From the NCBI GenBank assembly GCA_010093745.1, contig MU005969.1:1-64000 (forward strand): a stretch of DNA of 64,000 nucleotides, written 5' to 3'. A model generated the notes under the pieces. The model did no database searches and had not been told where the DNA came from. It was given only the letters and a program-made list of their open reading frames with translations. Below are positions 59,560 to 64,000 of the stretch, in pieces (within the stretch, counting starts at the first letter, position 1; each line of letters starts with the position of its first letter). The stretch is from Piedraia hortae CBS 480.64. Lineage: Eukaryota. A program made the position numbers and the translations under genes.

Positions 59560-60648
59560 ATGTCTCTCCTGAGTCATGCCTCGCGACCCTTGACCCGCCG
59601 CACCCACCTCCGCTGGCTGTCGTCCTCCACGCCTAGGGTCATACTCTCCGGAATCCAGCCCACCGGGGTCCCGCATCTAGGCAACTACCTCGGCGCGTTG
59701 AAAGAATGGGTACGAATCCAAGACGAGTCCCCTCAAGATGACACCTTCATCTGGATGATAGCCGACCTCCACGCAATGACAATCCATCAAGACCCCCGAA
59801 AACTCCGAATCTGCCGCAACGAAACCCTCGCAATGCTTTTAGCAATCGGCCTAGACCCAAAACAGAGCATAATATTCCACCAATCCGACGTCCCCGCCCA
59901 TTCGGAACTAATGTGGATTCTGTCGTGTCAGGCTAGTACGGGCTCTTTGGGGAGGATGACGCAGTGGAAGGACAAGACGGCTTCGATCAAGACAGGCAGT
60001 GAGAAATTGAAGTTGGGACTGTTTTCGTATCCCGTACTACAGGCTGCGGATGTGCTGGTTCATGGCACGACGCATGTTCCCGTAGGACATGATCAGGCGC
60101 AGCATTTGGAGTTTACAAGACAGATGGCGAATAGGTTTAACGAGAGCTATGAGGGGGATATTCTGATCCAGCCCGAGACGATGATTGGGTCGGCGAAGAG
60201 GGTTATGAGTTTGACAGAGCCGAAGAGTAAGATGAGTAAGAGTGCGGCGAGTGGGAAGTCGAGGATTTTGTTGAGCGACTCGGAAGAGGTTATCGCCGAG
60301 AAGATAAATGCTGCGTTGACGGACTCGATGGAGGGGGTTTCGTATGATCCTGAACAGAGACCCGGGGTGAGCAATTTGATTGAGATCATTCACCACACGG
60401 CCGAGGATTCGCCGGATTGGAGCCTTGAGGATTTGTGCAAGGATCTCGAGGGGCTTAGTTTGAAAGCTTTGAAGGAGCGGGCGGTGGAGGTTGTGTGCAC
60501 TGCTCTGGCGCCAATTCGCGAACGCTATCAGAGCACCATCGAGGATTTGACCGAATTGGAGGCCGTTGCTGCTGATGGAGCGGCGAAGGCGGCGGCGAAT
60601 GCGGATGTTGTCTTGAGCAGAGTCAAGGAGGCGGTGGGACTGAGGTAA
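59560..60648 (+). CDS. MSW1: Mitochondrial tryptophanyl-tRNA synthetase
   Basis: Arg/Ser-rich presequence, SGIQPTG-HLGN, YPVLQAAD, VPVGHDQ, KMSKS. Confidence 0.95.
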   Translation: MSLLSHASRPLTRRTHLRWLSSSTPRVILSGIQPTGVPHLGNYLGALKEWVRIQDESPQDDTFIWMIADLHAMTIHQDPRKLRICRNETLAMLLAIGLDPKQSIIFHQSDVPAHSELMWILSCQASTGSLGRMTQWKDKTASIKTGSEKLKLGLFSYPVLQAADVLVHGTTHVPVGHDQAQHLEFTRQMANRFNESYEGDILIQPETMIGSAKRVMSLTEPKSKMSKSAASGKSRILLSDSEEVIAEKINAALTDSMEGVSYDPEQRPGVSNLIEIIHHTAEDSPDWSLEDLCKDLEGLSLKALKERAVEVVCTALAPIRERYQSTIEDLTELEAVAADGAAKAAANADVVLSRVKEAVGLR

Positions 60649-60664
60649 TAAAACAGCGTACATG

Positions 60665-61720
60665 TCAATCCCTCCAGTTGATCAACACTTCGTCCGTTCT
60701 GAACCTCTGGGTGCAGGTGCTGTCTTCGAGCTTCGTTCTGAATCCCTCATTCCACTGTAACAGACCTGCATGAGCAATCATTATCCCATTATCGATGCAA
60801 AACCTCTCATCAGTAGAATAAACCATCCCCCCACGCTCGGCAGCCATCAGGCCCATCATCTGCTGCAACCTCTCATTGCACCCCACCCCACCCACAACCA
60901 GAACCTGATTCGCGCCCACATGCGCCATCGCCCGTTCCGTAATCTCCACCAACATCCCAAAAACCGTCTCCTGCAGGGTAAAACACAAATCCGCCTGTGT
61001 GATCTCCCTCCCCGACGCCGCATCAACCCAGGCCTCCTTGCCATCCAGCCTCCTCCCCATCTCCTCCACCCTCGCCAGAATCCCAGAAAACGAAACGTCC
61101 ATCCCCTTAACCGCATACGGCAGTTCGAGCAACACCGCTCCCCTCTTCGCCTCCTGCTCGATATTGTACCCCGGCGCGGGGTCATTCGAAATATTCAACA
61201 CCCTCGCGAAGCGATCCAGACAATTCCCCACCGCAATGTCCAGTGCCTCCCCAAAGATCCTATACCTCTGCGCACTATACGCAATAACCTGGGTATTCCC
61301 CCCACTAACATACAGCACAACAGGGTTTTCCGCGCCCGTAATCGCCCGCCCCATTTCAATGTGTCCCACGCAATGGTTGACCCCCACGAGGGGTTTATTC
61401 CATAGTTGGCTTAATGTGCGCGCGACGATGGCGACGGAGTTTAACGGTGCGCCCATCCCGGGCCCTTTGGTGTAGCAGATGCAGTCGAGTTGGGAGGGGC
61501 TGACCGCAGCCTGTTTGAGGGATTGTTTCACGAGGCGGACGATCCATTTTTTGTGGTGCTGAGACGTGTCTTTTGGGAGAAATCCGGACCCGGGAGGCGC
61601 GTGGAAGGTGTGTCGGAGGTTGGAGAGTATCTGGACGGGGAGGGTGGGGTTGGAGGGGTGGAGGATCACGCCCACGCCGAGTTTGTTGGCGGAGCCTTCG
61701 AGGCCGAGTGCGAGGGGCAT
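60665..61720 (-). CDS. KAE1: tRNA t6A threonylcarbamoyltransferase Kae1 (KEOPS complex)
   Basis: [48 protein letters not shown]. Confidence 0.96.
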   Translation of the reverse strand: MPLALGLEGSANKLGVGVILHPSNPTLPVQILSNLRHTFHAPPGSGFLPKDTSQHHKKWIVRLVKQSLKQAAVSPSQLDCICYTKGPGMGAPLNSVAIVARTLSQLWNKPLVGVNHCVGHIEMGRAITGAENPVVLYVSGGNTQVIAYSAQRYRIFGEALDIAVGNCLDRFARVLNISNDPAPGYNIEQEAKRGAVLLELPYAVKGMDVSFSGILARVEEMGRRLDGKEAWVDAASGREITQADLCFTLQETVFGMLVEITERAMAHVGANQVLVVGGVGCNERLQQMMGLMAAERGGMVYSTDERFCIDNGIMIAHAGLLQWNEGFRTKLEDSTCTQRFRTDEVLINWRD

Positions 61721-61871
61721 TATGCAATTTGTGTGGCTTGGCGGTCTTGGCACGAGGGTTTTGATGGGGCGTTCGTCCAATCAAGTGGGGGGCGGGCTGT
61801 GACGCTGTGACGTTTGTCGTGATCCAGATTAGGCAGGGCTACAGCACAACATCAGCAGAATAACAAGCACA

Positions 61872-62591
61872 ATGTCATGGACGGGGTTCAAAAAGGTCAC
61901 GCAGAGGGCGACGACGACGGTGATGATGAAGGCGGGCCAGGTTGAGAAGACGAACGATCGCGACTACGAAGTGGAAGAGAGACGGTTTCGCGTCCTGGAA
62001 GCGGCGTCGTTGAAGTTGCAGAAAGAGGCAAAGGGTTACTTAGACTCGCTGCGCGCGATGACGGCGTCGCAGATGCGCATTGCAGAGACGATTGATACCT
62101 TTTACGGCGAGGCGGGCGCGCGGGACGGCGTCTCCCGGAGTTATAAACAGGCGGTTGAGGATCTGGATGCCGAGACGATCAAAGCCTTGGATGGGCCGTA
62201 TCGGTAGGCGGGATCAAATCGTTGCAAGCTATGGCTAATGATTGTAGGACCACCGTCATTGACCCCATCAGCAGATTTTGCGCATATTTCCCCGACATTA
62301 ACGAGTGTATGTGGATTGCGTTGATTAACAGGCAGGTACTGACAATCCAGGCATAAAAAAGCGCAACCACAAACTGCTCGACTACGACGCCATGCGCAGC
62401 AAAGTGCGGAGGCTGGTGGACAAGCCCGACAAGGATGCATCCAAGCTGCCTCGCGCAGAAAAAGAATGCGAAATGGTGAGCAAGCCCCAGTCCACCTCCA
62501 CCTCGTTTGATCTCCCCCCGTTGAGTCCGGACATGCAACATTCTTCAAGAGTGATGGAGTGGCTTGCGCCGTTGCGTGCACGCCAAGGAGG

Positions 62592-62634
<43 letters not shown>

Positions 62635-63401
62635 AATGCAACATCGCGTGCAAGAGCAGCGACAAACCCCGTGACGAGGGACTTTGCCACTGCGCCTGAT
62701 AGCAAGAACCATCCAGCTTGGAAGAACCGAGCGGTAAGCATTACCATTCCGGGGGACAAAGAAGCGACGACGCTTCAGCGTGACATCCATCCAGCTTACA
62801 GGTCTCCTGCATTCTGCATGTCAGACGAAGGCAACTCTTCAACAGAGCCGTCTTTGCCGCAGACGCCGGTATCGTATACCGGAAACCAAGCCAGGGACTC
62901 GGGATCATTGCCCTCACTACCCTCATTCACATCAGGATCGTACACAGCAGAGCCGCACAGCTTCTTCGACTGGTCCAGCGACGAGAACCGCAAAAAGCAC
63001 AAGAAGGAAAAGCGATCAAAAGCTAACAAGATGTCGCAGGCCAAAGCAGGCTATGACCAACTGAACGACCAGCTAAGGAACGAGCTCCCGCAACTAATCG
63101 AACTGCGGTAAGCACATCCCACCCAACCCTGAAATTCACTAACAGAAAACCAGCGTTCCCTACCTCGACCCCACGTTCGAAGCCCTCGTCAAGATCCAAC
63201 TCCGCTTCTGTGCAGAGGCATACGGCCGCATGGCGCAGGTGCAGCAGTGCGTTTTTGACATTTTTCGAACATCACAACTAATTGCATAACAGATACCTAG
63301 ACGCATCAACCCGCGACCAGTACGCAAGCGGCGACCTCGACGCTAGAGTCGAAGACGTCCTCGGCCAGATCCGCGAGCTTAGCATTGCAGGGACAGTCTA
63401 G
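61872..63401 (+). CDS. RVS161: N-BAR protein Rvs161/Hob3, 6 exons (introns at about 62204-62247, 62307-62350, 62476-63039, 63108-63153 and 63247-63292)
   Basis: MSWTGFKK, LQKEAKGYLDSLRAMT, KLLDYD, ELPQLIELRVPYLDPTFEALVKIQLRFCAE. Confidence 0.93.
62593..62634 (+). repeat. (GAT)14 microsatellite inside the RVS161 long intron
   Basis: Directly visible. Confidence 0.95.
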
Positions 63402-63510
63402 TAGCATTACAATGTATCATGATCCAACCAATTCCATCCGCTGTCCCATCAATCCCATCCTGCCAATGAAATTCCATCCCACCCAATCATCTCATCCTGC
63501 TCCCACCACC

Positions 63511-63511
<1 letters not shown>

Positions 63512-63546
<35 letters not shown>

Positions 63547-63554
63547 CCCCCCCC
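63512..63554 (+). repeat. Poly-C tract (C32-T-C10)
   Basis: Directly visible. Confidence 0.9.
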
Positions 63555-63639
63555 GCATGGCTTAGTAAGCACGGCCTCTCCCGCAAATCCACCTCGCCAA
63601 AATATTTTTTTTTTCCCGCGCAGCAGAGTATAGGGTACA

Positions 63640-64000
63640 ATGGCCCCCAGCCGTCGCATGCAGAAACAGCCCCCACCGGAGCCTCTTAGCACTGTCACAA
63701 AGGGGAAAAAACGCAAAGCAACCGCTCCTGCCGTTGGGAAGGGGGAGGGGAGGAAGAAGTTGAAGTCGAAACCTACATCTGCGCCGAATAGGAAAGACGT
63801 TGACTCAGATCTCGATCTTCCAGACGACGAGTTTGATGTAGAGGATGGGCTGGACGACACGTTTGAGGGGTTTAGCGACTCTGTCGATGGGGGGGATTCC
63901 GATGGAGGGGATGCCAATGACGGGGTGGATTTTGATAATGACGATGAAGAAGTAGACTCCGACGCAGAAGCCTTTGCCACTGCCCCCTCTCCTGAAGCAG
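63640..64000 (+). CDS. 5' part of a nucleolar-type protein, probably the rRNA m5C methyltransferase Nop2 (truncated by the window edge)
   Basis: MAPSRRMQKQPPPEPL...KKRK followed by an acidic tract resembles the N-termini of filamentous-fungal Nop2. The catalytic domain is not in the window. Confidence 0.6.
   Translation, partial: MAPSRRMQKQPPPEPLSTVTKGKKRKATAPAVGKGEGRKKLKSKPTSAPNRKDVDSDLDLPDDEFDVEDGLDDTFEGFSDSVDGGDSDGGDANDGVDFDNDDEEVDSDAEAFATAPSPEA

Overview
Eukaryotic DNA from a filamentous ascomycete. It has GT-AG introns with CTRAC/CTAAC branch sites, mostly 44-55 nt long, very short intergenic spacers and many intronless genes, which suggests a streamlined genome (Dothideomycete-like by inference only). 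Most of the window is housekeeping genes: CTR9, SEC8, a DUF676 lipase, an RFX transcription factor, YOP1, DRS2, a ZIP transporter, a CLC channel, a MAPEG GST, a YTP1-like gene, a SWI5/SAE3-like gene, RPL33, an ABCB/MDR transporter, KIN17, a SNF1 beta subunit, EPL1, an RKM4-like SET protein, MSW1, KAE1, RVS161 and a probable NOP2 start. Three accessory regions interrupt these genes. 1-6.1 kb holds a tandem pair of secreted proteins that share an unrecognised 6-Cys C-terminal module. 14.2-23 kb holds a degenerate tandem repeat and Ty1/copia gag relics. 46.4-52.5 kb holds orphan membrane and Cys-rich genes. There are two assembly gaps. The most notable observations are the secreted Cys-module paralog pair, a 564-nt in-frame stop-free intron inside the RVS161 BAR domain, a cluster of X-box-like sites upstream of the RFX gene itself, and a Cys-rich ORF broken by two in-frame stops. 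All gene identities come from recognising motifs by eye; no searches were run.
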